Origin: an uncultured Acidimicrobiia bacterium
GTDB taxonomy: Bacteria; Actinomycetota; Acidimicrobiia; IMCC26256; JAENVU01
DNA: 64,000 nt
Reading direction: 5' to 3'
Assembly: GCA_963770105.1 (NCBI GenBank)
Contig: CAVYOL010000002.1
Location: 832,646 to 896,645 of the forward strand
Shown: piece by piece, positions 38,170 to 47,460 of the stretch
Layout of the letters: the number at the start of each line of letters is the position of its first letter
How positions within the stretch are numbered: position 1 is the stretch's first letter
The notes under the pieces: generated by a model
Told to the model about the DNA's origin: nothing
The model's database searches: none
The model's input: only the letters and a program-made list of their open reading frames with translations
Program-made: the position numbers and the translations under genes

Positions 38170-38410
38170 CGCTGGCTACAGGATACGCGCCGTTCCTGAA
38201 GGCAACCTGAGCGCGATGATTCTGGTCTCGGTCGGTGGGGTCTCGGCCGTTCCGAGCAAGCTCAAACCCTGATGCCGCCCCAAGAATGAGCACCAAAACG
38301 GCAGCCCGCACCCCGCGCATTACGTGCCCAAGGTCGTGGCTGCCATTGCTTCTGTGTACCGAGCGTGTACCAGGACGCTGGGACTTGCGAAAATGTGCCG
38401 TAAAGATTGG

Positions 38411-38819
38411 GCGTGGTGGTGAGTCAGCCTGTACGCCGGATTCTGTCCCGGCACCTTGCGGTGCCGGTGGCGACCATCCATCTCGGCCGGCGGTTGCCCG
38501 CCGACTCCAGCGGCCTACCCGGAGGTGTGTGACGCAAGCGCCACGCGGACGGGCCGTCCTCCTCCTGTATGACCTTGCTCCTGGTGGGGTTTACCGAGCC
38601 GCCCGGGTCACCCCGGGCGCTGGTGCGCTCTTACCGCACCGTTGCACCCTTACCTGTGCGAGCCGGTTGCCCGGCAAGCCATCGGCGGTCTGTTCTCTGT
38701 GGCACTGTCCTGCGGGTCGCCCCGACTGGGTGTTACCCAGCACCGTGCCCTGTGGAGTCCGGACGTTCCTCGGACGGGTCGAGCCCGTACGCGGTCGCCC
38801 GGCTGACTCACCACCACGC
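38411..38819 (-). ncRNA. rnpB: RNase P RNA, bacterial type A
   Basis: The minus strand carries the universally conserved blocks: GAGGAACGTCCGGACTCCACAGGGCA, ACAGAGAACAGACCGCCGATGGC, CAGGTAAGGGTGCAACGGTGCGGTAAGAGCGCACC, GGTAAACCCCACCAGGAGCAAGG, GGGTAGGCCGCTGGAG and ACAGAATCCGGCGTAC. A perfect 19-bp P1 forms between 38801-38819 and 38411-38429. The ends are good to about 10 nt. Confidence 0.95.
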
Positions 38820-38937
38820 GCCGCCATTGTCGCACCTGGGAGCGAGGCGCGAGTCCGGGCGTGACCGGCCGTAGCCAAAGCGCGCGATTGGTGTGTAGTC
38901 TCACGCTCGTCCAGGGAGGGACAGGAGAGGGGTCGGG

Positions 38938-41900
38938 GTGGGTCTCGAAACGCGCGCGCGCTTCCAATTCCGGTTGGAGCGGCGGGGTTTCAGCGTTCGG
39001 AATTGGGTCGTCGTCGCGCTGGTGATCGCGCTGGTGGTCGGCCTGGTCGGGGTCGTCGCGCACCAGGAGCGCGCCGAAGCCGCGAGCCTGCCCAACGGCT
39101 TCACCTCCACCGCGGTCTTCAGCGGGCTCACGCTGCCGACGGCCGTGGCGTTCTCACCCGACGGCAAGGTCTACGTCGCGGAGAAGAGCGGCATCATCAA
39201 GGTGTTCCCGAACGCGTCGTCGAACAACGGCGTCGTGTTCAAGGACCTCTCGACCCGCACCTTCGACTTCTGGGACCGCGGGATGCTCGGCCTGACCGTC
39301 GACCCGCGGATGGGCAACGGCACCGGCCACGACTTCGTATACGCCCTCTACGCGACCGACGCCCCGCCGGGACAGACGCCGCCGGTCTGGAACGACGACT
39401 GCCCGACGCCTCCGGGCGGTCTGACCGACGGCTGCATCGTGACGAGCACGCTCTCGCGCATCCCGGTGAACGCGAACGGCACGTCGGGCGCGGAGCAGAT
39501 CCTGATCTCCAACGAGTGGTGCCAGCAGTTCACGACCCACTCCGCCGGCCACCTCGCGTTCGGGCCCGACGGCAACCTCTACGTGAGTGGCGGCGACGGC
39601 GGCAGCTACGAGAACGCGGACTGGGGCCAGTTCGGCGGCAGCTTGCCGAACACCCCGACCCCGGTGAACCCGTGTGGTGACCCGCCGGGTGGCAAGGGGG
39701 TCGCGAACACGTCGCCGACCGGCCGGGGTGGCGCGATGCGCTCGCAGAGCCCGCGCCGTCCGGCGGGGGAGCCCCGGGTGCTGAGCGGCACGGTGCTGCG
39801 CCTGAACCCGGACACCGGCGCGGGCGTGGTCGGCAACCCGATGTACAACGCGTCGGCGCCGTCGGCGAACGCGTCGCGCATCCTCGCCTACGGGATGCGG
39901 AACCCGTTCCGGTTCACCTTCCGACCGAACACGAACGAGCTCTGGGTGGCCGACGTCGGTTGGGGTCTCTTCGAGGAGATCAACCGCATCACCAGCCTGA
40001 CGCCCGCCAAGGCGCCGAACTTCGGATGGCCCTGCGTCGAGGACCAGACCCACCTCTCGGGCTACCGCGACCTGGACATGTGCAAGGCGCTCTACAACGA
40101 CACGTCGGATCCGCCGACCGACCCGTACTTCGCGTACGCGCACGGGGAAGCAGTCAACGGCAACGACACGTGCGGCTTCGCGGACGGCACCGCGATCACC
40201 GGCGACGCGTTCTACACCGGCAGCCGCTATCCCGCGAGCTACTCGAACGCGCTCTTCTTCGCCGACGACGTCCGCAACTGCATCTACGTCATGACCGCGG
40301 GTTCCAATGGCCTGCCCGACCCGGCGACCGCCCGAACGTTCGTCGACGACTCGGACAACCCGACCCCGGTCGACCTCGAGGTGGATCCGGCGTCGAAGGA
40401 CATCTTCTACGTCAGCATCGCCGGAGGAACCGTCAACCGCATCTCCTATGCATCGTCGAACCGCGCGCCGAGCGCGGTCGCGAGCGCAAGCCCGACGTCC
40501 GGTGCCGCGCCGCTCTCCGTCCAGCTCAACGGCGCCGCGTCGACGGACCCGGACGGCGACGCACTCACCTACTCGTGGGACACGGACGGCAACGGCACGT
40601 TCGGTGACGCGACCGGCAAGACCCCGACGGTCAGCTACCCGAACGGCGGCACCTACCACGCCCGGCTCCTGGTCACGGATCCCGGCGGCCTCTCGAGCAC
40701 CAGCAGCGCGGTGACGATCACGGTCACCGCGGCGGGCGGCCCGAAGAACACCGCGGCCCCGGTCGTGGCCGGGACACCCCAGGTCGGGAACCCGATGCTC
40801 GCGTCGACGGGGACGTGGACCGGCGCCGCGCCGATCACCTACGCCCGGCAGTGGCAGCGCTGCACGACGGGCGCGGGGTCAACCTGCACCGACATCGCCG
40901 GTGCGACCACCGCGGTGTACTCGCCGCAGCTCGTCGATCAGGGCAAGCACCTGCGGGTTCGCGTGACCGCGTCGAACGGCGGCGGCACGAGCTCGGCGGC
41001 GTCCGCGCTGGTGGGGCCGGTGACCGCGGGGACGAACACGCCGCCGGTCCCGGTGATCGACACCCCCGCCACCAGCCTCACGTGGAAGTCCGGTGACACC
41101 GTCAGCTTCTCCGGCCACGCGGCCGACACGCAGGACGGCACGGAGCCCGCGAGCCGACTCACGTGGGACATCATCCTCGGCCACTGCACCACCACCGGAT
41201 GTCACACGCATCCCCTCGCGACGCGCACCGGCGTGGCCGGCGGGACGATCGCGGCGCCGGACCACCAGGCGCCGTCGTACATCCAGTTCACGCTCACGGC
41301 CACGGACGCATCCGGCGCGACGGCGAGCATCGTCAAGCGGATCGACCCGAAGACGGTGAACCTCACGTTCAAGACCAGTCCCGCCGGGTTGTCGCTGGCC
41401 GTAGGCGCCGAGCAGAGCGCGCCCGCGCCGTTCAGCCAGGAATGGGTCGAGGGCTCCCAGGTCCAGCTCAACGCGCCGACGCAGCAGACGGTCGCCGGGG
41501 TCACGTACTCGTTCGTCGGCTGGTCCGCCGGGGGCGCCGCGACCCACACTGTCAAGGCGCCGACCGCGGACACGACCTACACCGCGACCTACGCCGCGGC
41601 GTGCTCCGGCTCGAGCTACTCGTCCGCCGTGCTCGCCAACGCACCGTGGACCTACTGGCGACTGGGCGACAAGAGCGGGACGACCGCGGCCGACGCGACC
41701 CCCAACGCGCGGGCCGGGACCTACGGGGGCGGCGTCGGGCTCGTGAAGGTCGGCGCACTGACCGGCGACAAGAACGCGTCCGTCTCCCTGGACGGGAACA
41801 ACGACGACGTGTACCGGAAGGGGATCGCGGGCTTCCCGACGACGGCCGTCAGCGCGGAGCTGTGGCTCAAGACCTCCGACGCGACCAAGGAAGCCGGGAT

Positions 41901-42609
41901 CGTCTCCTATGCCGCGAGCTCGTCGGCGGACGAGCTCCAGCTGCGCGACTACCGGTCACTGCGGGTCTTCGTGAAGGGTGCGAGCGTGAACACCGGCATC
42001 GCCCTGAACGACAACAGGTGGCACCACCTCGTGGTGACCTGGAAGTCGGTCGGCGGGGTGATCCGGGTCTACAAGGACGGCGCGCTCGCCTACAAGAACC
42101 CGGTCCCGGTGCAAGCCGGCACGTCGATCACCGGCGGCGGCACGTTGGTGCTGGGCCAGGATCAGGACAGCGTGGGTGGAGGGTTCGATCCGACCCAGGC
42201 CTTCCTCGGGAAGATGGACGAGTTCGCCCTCTACCGGAGCGTGCTCACCGCGGGCCAGGTGAAGGCGCACTACGACGCGGGGACCACCGCGCCGACGTGC
42301 GCGGCCGCGGCGGTGCGGGCCGCCGCGTCGAACCGGCCACGACTGGTGCCGGGCTCGGAGTTCCTGCCCAGCCTCCCGAAGCCATCGAGCCCGGTGGGCT
42401 CGGTCGGCCCGGTGGGCTCGGTCGAGCTGGTCAGCGCGGTCACCGCCGGCGCGGCGTCGCTCGCGGCCGACCACCGCTCGGTGTTCTGTCCGTTGCTAGG
42501 TGTCGAGCGGGGTCTCGACCCCGCGCGCGGCGCGCGTCTGACGGGCACCGATGAGCCCACCGATCAGCCCGAAGATCGCGGCGAACACCAGCTGCCCCAA
42601 GATCTGTGA
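38938..42609 (+). CDS. membrane-anchored/secreted multidomain protein: PQQ-dependent sugar dehydrogenase beta-propeller, PKD domain, Ig-like modules and a LamG (concanavalin-like) domain
   Basis: The GTG start is at 38938 and there is an N-terminal TM segment. GSDH-type motifs are present (AFSPDGKVYVAEKSG, GHLAFGPDGNLYVSGGDG, YGMRNPFRF, VADVGWGLFEEIN, NFGWPC). There is a PKD domain (LNGAASTDPDGDALTYSWDTDGNG) and a LamG_3-like domain (WHHLVVTW...LGQDQDS...G..DEFALY). The last 114 nt overlap the convergent gene, so the true 3' end is uncertain. Confidence 0.85.
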   Translation: MGLETRARFQFRLERRGFSVRNWVVVALVIALVVGLVGVVAHQERAEAASLPNGFTSTAVFSGLTLPTAVAFSPDGKVYVAEKSGIIKVFPNASSNNGVVFKDLSTRTFDFWDRGMLGLTVDPRMGNGTGHDFVYALYATDAPPGQTPPVWNDDCPTPPGGLTDGCIVTSTLSRIPVNANGTSGAEQILISNEWCQQFTTHSAGHLAFGPDGNLYVSGGDGGSYENADWGQFGGSLPNTPTPVNPCGDPPGGKGVANTSPTGRGGAMRSQSPRRPAGEPRVLSGTVLRLNPDTGAGVVGNPMYNASAPSANASRILAYGMRNPFRFTFRPNTNELWVADVGWGLFEEINRITSLTPAKAPNFGWPCVEDQTHLSGYRDLDMCKALYNDTSDPPTDPYFAYAHGEAVNGNDTCGFADGTAITGDAFYTGSRYPASYSNALFFADDVRNCIYVMTAGSNGLPDPATARTFVDDSDNPTPVDLEVDPASKDIFYVSIAGGTVNRISYASSNRAPSAVASASPTSGAAPLSVQLNGAASTDPDGDALTYSWDTDGNGTFGDATGKTPTVSYPNGGTYHARLLVTDPGGLSSTSSAVTITVTAAGGPKNTAAPVVAGTPQVGNPMLASTGTWTGAAPITYARQWQRCTTGAGSTCTDIAGATTAVYSPQLVDQGKHLRVRVTASNGGGTSSAASALVGPVTAGTNTPPVPVIDTPATSLTWKSGDTVSFSGHAADTQDGTEPASRLTWDIILGHCTTTGCHTHPLATRTGVAGGTIAAPDHQAPSYIQFTLTATDASGATASIVKRIDPKTVNLTFKTSPAGLSLAVGAEQSAPAPFSQEWVEGSQVQLNAPTQQTVAGVTYSFVGWSAGGAATHTVKAPTADTTYTATYAAACSGSSYSSAVLANAPWTYWRLGDKSGTTAADATPNARAGTYGGGVGLVKVGALTGDKNASVSLDGNNDDVYRKGIAGFPTTAVSAELWLKTSDATKEAGIVSYAASSSADELQLRDYRSLRVFVKGASVNTGIALNDNRWHHLVVTWKSVGGVIRVYKDGALAYKNPVPVQAGTSITGGGTLVLGQDQDSVGGGFDPTQAFLGKMDEFALYRSVLTAGQVKAHYDAGTTAPTCAAAAVRAAASNRPRLVPGSEFLPSLPKPSSPVGSVGPVGSVELVSAVTAGAASLAADHRSVFCPLLGVERGLDPARGARLTGTDEPTDQPEDRGEHQLPQDL

Positions 42610-42942
42610 CGCGGTGAACACCGGGTCCGAGCCGGCGAACAACCCTTGAGACTCGCCGCGGACCGCCCAGATGAGGACGCGCAACGGGAGCCAGAGCAGG
42701 AACGCGCCGACGCCGGCCAGCAGGCCGTTGGAGAGCGGCGCGTCAGGAGTGCGCCGTCCGGCGATCATCCCGGCCACGACGTACGCGAGGAACAGCGCGA
42801 GCGCGAACAGCGGCACCCAGCCGCTGCGGTCGAAGTGCGCGACGTCGTGATCCAGGACCGCGCGGAGCGCGGTGAGCGGCACGATGATGAGGAGGCCGGC
42901 GAGCGCACCCCGCCCGACGGCTCGTGAATCGACGGTCGACAC
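42496..42942 (-). CDS. integral membrane protein (4 TM), unknown function
   Basis: 148 aa with four hydrophobic helices and high GC3. Confidence 0.6.
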   Translation of the reverse strand: MSTVDSRAVGRGALAGLLIIVPLTALRAVLDHDVAHFDRSGWVPLFALALFLAYVVAGMIAGRRTPDAPLSNGLLAGVGAFLLWLPLRVLIWAVRGESQGLFAGSDPVFTASQILGQLVFAAIFGLIGGLIGARQTRAARGVETPLDT

Positions 42943-42954
42943 GGCTTCAGCCTG

Positions 42955-44205
42955 TCACGCGGGCTCGGGTGCGGGCTCGTCACCCCGGGCGAGCTCCGTG
43001 ACGGGGACCCGCAGCCCGTCCCTCAGGACCTTCGGGAAGGCCTGCCGGTTGCGGGCGATGATGACTGCCGCGAGCACGAGGTAGACGATCCCGACCGAGA
43101 TGCGCTCGAGCTCGCGGAGACTCTCGGGCAGCACCGCGCCGAGGACGAACTGCGAGAGGAAGAGGCCGAGCAGCATGTAGGCCTCCTTCACGCTGATCGA
43201 CCGGTTCGCGAGCACGGCCACCGCGAACGCTGACTGGGCCGCGGTCAGAAACAGCTCCTCGCGCTGGAGCGAGTCGAGGGGGAGGCCGTGCCACGACTGC
43301 GACGAGATCGCGAAGACGATCGGCAGGCTTCCGACCAGCAGGGTCCACTGGTTCACCTTCGACGAGAGGAGCGCGCCGAGCGCCGAGTTGGTGTTGAGGC
43401 GCCAGGCGAACAGGCCTGCGATGAGGAGCTCCGGGGCTTCGGAGGCGAGTGGTGCGAGCCACTGGACGAGCAGGAACTCGTCGATGCCGAACTGCGCGCC
43501 GGTGTGCACGAGTGCCTCGGCGAACCCCTCGGCGCTGGCCAGGATGACGCCGGCCGCGAACGCGAGCATCACGCCGACGAGGAGGCGGCGTTGGAGCTTC
43601 GGGAGGCGGCCGATCATCTCCGACGGCCCGACGAGGTGCGGGGCCTCGGCCGGGGCCCGCGCGATCCGCACGAGGTAGGCCACGAACAGGCTGATCAGCA
43701 CCACCGAGTCGAAGAGCGTCAGCGTGCGCTTCATGCACAGGGTGAGGGAGTAGACGGTCGCGATCATGAGGAACGCGATCTCGACGGAGTGCGACCGGTC
43801 GAGCCGGACCTCGTTGTCGACCGGCCCCGGGTCGCCGCGCTCGTGGGCCATCTTCTTCATCCGCCACGCCGCGAGCAGGACCACGAGCGACCAGCCGACG
43901 CCGATGAGCAGCCGGTTGCCGCCGGTCATGTTCGCGAGGGCCAGCTGGGCCTGGACGTTGGGGTGGACGCCGGCTTTGGCCGCCTCGCCGGCCTTCGACG
44001 TGAAGACGAAGTCGACCGCGTACTCGGGCAGGACCGCGATCAGCGCGAGGACCGCGAGGGCCAGTCCGGCGGAGACGTCGAGCTGGAGCACCTCGGCTGC
44101 CCACGCGAGCAGGAACGCCGCGCCGACCACTGCGAGTCCGAACAGCAGGGCTTGGACCCAGCTTTGCGGGCTCAGGCCGCCGAGCCGCAGCACGAGCCCG
44201 GGCAC
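42955..44205 (-). CDS. CaCA-family cation/Ca2+ exchanger-like membrane protein
   Basis: 416 aa with about 11 TM helices. There are two alpha-repeat-like acidic motifs, (VLPEYAVD and ASEAPELL), in the two halves. Confidence 0.65.
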   Translation of the reverse strand: MPGLVLRLGGLSPQSWVQALLFGLAVVGAAFLLAWAAEVLQLDVSAGLALAVLALIAVLPEYAVDFVFTSKAGEAAKAGVHPNVQAQLALANMTGGNRLLIGVGWSLVVLLAAWRMKKMAHERGDPGPVDNEVRLDRSHSVEIAFLMIATVYSLTLCMKRTLTLFDSVVLISLFVAYLVRIARAPAEAPHLVGPSEMIGRLPKLQRRLLVGVMLAFAAGVILASAEGFAEALVHTGAQFGIDEFLLVQWLAPLASEAPELLIAGLFAWRLNTNSALGALLSSKVNQWTLLVGSLPIVFAISSQSWHGLPLDSLQREELFLTAAQSAFAVAVLANRSISVKEAYMLLGLFLSQFVLGAVLPESLRELERISVGIVYLVLAAVIIARNRQAFPKVLRDGLRVPVTELARGDEPAPEPA

Positions 44206-44390
44206 CGTGAGGCGCGAACCCGCCCAGGAGCGCCGCCAGCTGTCCCCGAACGACGGCGGGGAGAATCGACGGCCATCGCCCTGATCCTAAAGGCGGAGGT
44301 CGGCCACTCTCCGTCGTCCTCCTCAGGTCGTGCGGAATACGCGCCGAAAGAAGGCCGTTAGAACGATTCTGACTTGGAGAAGCGGTCGAC

Positions 44391-44645
44391 ATGATGGCAC
44401 TAGAGGGACTTCCGGTAACTGGGGGCTGGCGTCAGCTGGCTGCCTGCCGCGGCGTCGACCCCGAGGTCTTCCACCCCTCCGAGGAAGAGGACCCCTCTCG
44501 GGCCAAGGCCATCTGCGCCGAGTGCCCGGTCCGCGAGGCGTGCCTCGAGCATGCGCTGGCCGTCCGCGAGAAGCACGGTGTCTGGGGTGGGCTGACCGAA
44601 CGGGAACGCCGTCGGGTCCTGCGCCAGCGTCGTCGCTCCGCGTAG
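44391..44645 (+). CDS. WhiB-family Fe-S transcriptional regulator
   Basis: The Cys pattern is C...CxxCxxxxxC (AACRGVDPEVF...AKAICAECPVREACL), followed by GVWGG and a basic tail. There is no AT-hook (RGRP), so it is not WhiB7-like. Confidence 0.9.
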   Translation: MMALEGLPVTGGWRQLAACRGVDPEVFHPSEEEDPSRAKAICAECPVREACLEHALAVREKHGVWGGLTERERRRVLRQRRRSA

Positions 44646-44714
44646 CGGCTGCCGCTTCGACCACGCCCGGGCTTCGCTTCGAGCGTCGCATTCCGGTCTC
44701 CTAACGTCACCCCG

Positions 44715-46204
44715 GTGACCTCTCGCCGCGCGCTGCGCCCGTCCGTCGTCGTGGGCGCGGCAGTCGGTGGGGTGGCACTGGCCGCGGTCGCCATCCGCGT
44801 CATCTCCCAACGCCCGCGCCCGGCACTGGGCCCGGTCGTCGGCACGGGTGTCCTAGGGCGCAACGCGCGCCTGGCTCGCCTCGGCGCGCGGCACGAGTGG
44901 CAGCTACGCGCTCCACCGGCGCAGGTCGCGTGTTCGCGTCGGCGGAGCGGCGCGAGGTGCTCGACCGGGAGCACGAGATCCGGTCGGCCGAGCAGGTCGC
45001 GGCCGAGCTCGGGAACATGAAGGGCGCGCTGATGAAGCTCGGCCAGATGGTCAGCTACCTCGACGAGGGCCTGCCCGAGCACCTGCGGGCCGCGCTGGCC
45101 CAGCTGCAGCACGACGCACCCCCGATGAGCGGGGAGCTGGCCGCCTCGATGATCGAGTCGGAGCTCGGCCGTCATCCCGACGTGCGTCTTCGCCGAGTGG
45201 GACCCGGTCCCGATCGCGGCGGCGTCCATCGGTCAGGTTCACCGCGCGATGACCCGGGAGGGCGTCGCCGTCGCGGTCAAGGTGCAGTACCCGGGCGTCG
45301 CCGCCGCGATCGAGGCCGACCTGGGGAGCGTCGGTCTGTGTTCGGCGGGCTCGGTCAGATCTTCCCGGGTCTCGACTCGGGACCACTCGTGGCCGAGCTG
45401 CGCCTGCGGTTGCGCGAGGAGCTCGACTACGAGCGCGAAGCCCGGCACCAGCAGCAGTTCGCGGACTACTACGCAGGGTCATCCGTTCATCCACATCCCG
45501 TTCGTGCTGCCCGCGCTACTCGTCGGCGCGGGTGCTCACGACCGAGCTGGCCGAGGGCGCCCGCTTCGCCGAGGCGGAGACGTGGTCGCAGGACGAGCGG
45601 AACCTCGCGGCCGAGACCATCTTCCGGTTCGTGTTCGGCAGCCTCTACCGGCTGCGCCTCTTCAACGGCGACCCGCACCCGGGCAACTACCTCTTCCGGC
45701 CCGGGGGCCGGGTCACGTTCCTCGACTTCGGTCTCGTCACGCCGTTCCGCCGATCCGAGATGGTGGTGCTGCGGGCGCTGATCGAGAGCATGGTGCTCGA
45801 CCCCGGATCCGGTGGCGTTCCGCGCCGCGGTCGAGGCGGCCGGGTTCCTGAAGCCCGGCGCACCGATCTCCGACGCGCAGGTCGTCGACTACTTCGGGCA
45901 CTTCTACGAGTACCTGCAGGAGGACACCCGCTCCACGCTCGAGCACGAGTTCGCGAGCGAGAACGTCCGGCGGGTCTTCGACGCGACGGGTCCGCACCGG
46001 GAGGTCATGCGCCACGCGAACGTCCCGCCGGCGTTCGTGATCGTGCAGCGGATCAACCTCGGGCTCTTCGCGGTGCTGGCCGCGCTCGGGGCGACGGCGA
46101 ACTGGCGGCGCCTGGCCGAGGAGCTCTGGCCCTGGGTCGAGGGCCCGCCGTCGACCCCGTCGGGTGAGCTCGAGCAGGAGTGGCGGCGGCAGACCGGTCG
46201 CTGA
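44715..46204 (+). pseudogene. ABC1/UbiB-family atypical kinase, about seven frame breaks
   Basis: Motifs [33 protein letters not shown] and FLDFG are spread over all three frames. The joins are at about 44890, 44925, 45185, 45338, 45478, 45520 and 45806. Confidence 0.8.
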
Positions 46205-46284
46205 ACCTCCGTTGACCGAACGCTGTCCCGGGGGCGTTTGGAACCATAAAACCTGATCTCCGGGCCTGTAGGCTTCCCCGCACC

Positions 46285-47456
46285 ATGGACTTCGACCTGC
46301 CGCCCGAGCTGGCGGAGCTCCAGGCTTCGGTGCGGAAGCTCGCCCAGGAGCGGGTCGCGCCCCGGGCGCGGGAGATCGACCTCACCGAGGAGTACCCGCA
46401 GGACCTCTTCGAGCTCTTCGTCGAGACCGGCCTCGCCGGGCTGTGCGTCCCCGAGGAGTACGGCGGGTCCGGTGCCGGGATCCTCGGGCTGGCGATCGCG
46501 ATCGAAGAGGTCGCCAAGTACTCGAATGCGGCCGCCCTCATGCTCCTCCTCACCCGCCTGCCGACCGGACCGCTGCTCATCGCCGGCAGCGAGGAGATGA
46601 AGCACAAGTACCTCACCCCGGTGACGACGGGCGAGCAGCGCGCCGCGTTCGGCCTCTCCGAGCCGCAGGCCGGCAGCGACGTGATGGGCATGCGGACCAA
46701 GGCCGTGCTCGACGGCGACCGACTGGGTCCTCTCCGGCACCAAGTGCTGGATGTCCGGCGTGCAGCAGGCCGACTGGTACTGCGTGTTCGCGAAGACCGG
46801 GCCCGCGGACTCCGCGCGCGCACGACAGCATCACGGCCTTCGTGGTGGAGCGCGAACTGGGAAGGCGTGTCCGTCGGGCGCATCGACAAGAAGATGGGGG
46901 TCAAGGGCGTCGACACCGGCGAGCTCATCCTCGACCAGGTGCGGGTGCCGGCCGAGAACATCGTCGGCGACATCGGCGGGTTCCGTCTCTGCATGCTCGG
47001 GCTTGAACGCCATGCGACCCATCGTGGCGGCGCGCGGCATCGGGCTCGCCGAAGGCGCGCTGATGTACGCGGTCGAGTACGCGAAGCAGCGCGAGGCGTT
47101 CACCAAGACGATCGCGGACTTCCAGGGCATCCAGTGGAAGATCGCCGAGCTCGCCACCGAGATCGAGGCCGCGCGCCTGCTCACGTACCGCGCCGCGTGG
47201 ATGGCCGACCGGGGCCAGTTCACCAAGGAATTCGTGCCCGTACCTCTCGATGTGCAAGTACTACGCGACCGAGCTCGCCGTGAAGGTGAGCAACCATGCG
47301 CTGCAGATGCTCGGTGCGGCGGGCTACATGCAGGACCACCCGATGGAGCTCTACTACCGCGACGCGAAGCAGCTGACGATCGTCGAGGGCACGAGCCAGG
47401 TGCAGCTCGGTCTCATCGCCAAGGGTGTGCTCGATCACGATCTGTGGTGGGACTAG
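46285..47456 (+). pseudogene. acyl-CoA dehydrogenase, about five frame breaks
   Basis: Segments AFGLSEPQAGSD, ...WVLSGTKCWMSG..., ITAFVVE, VGRIDKKMGVKG, IAARGIGLAEGAL.YAVEYAKQREAF, IQWKIAEL and [18 protein letters not shown] lie in alternating frames. The joins are at about 46722, 46815, 46855, 47007 and 47240. Confidence 0.85.
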
Positions 47457-47460
47457 CCCG

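Noticed and set aside
37467-38410. tRNA or tmRNA hidden in the ORF-free stretch (GGGGCCGAAC at about 38013; GGGGCGGCATCAGGG on the minus strand at about 38280)
   Set aside because: I could find no T-arm (GGTTCGA-type) and no acceptor stem complementary to these 5' ends with a CCA-proximal 3' end on either strand.
44391-44645. Calling the WhiB gene whiB7 because an ABC1/UbiB-like gene follows it, as near whiB7 in mycobacteria
   Set aside because: The C-terminus lacks the WhiB7 AT-hook (RGRP). Only a family-level call is justified.
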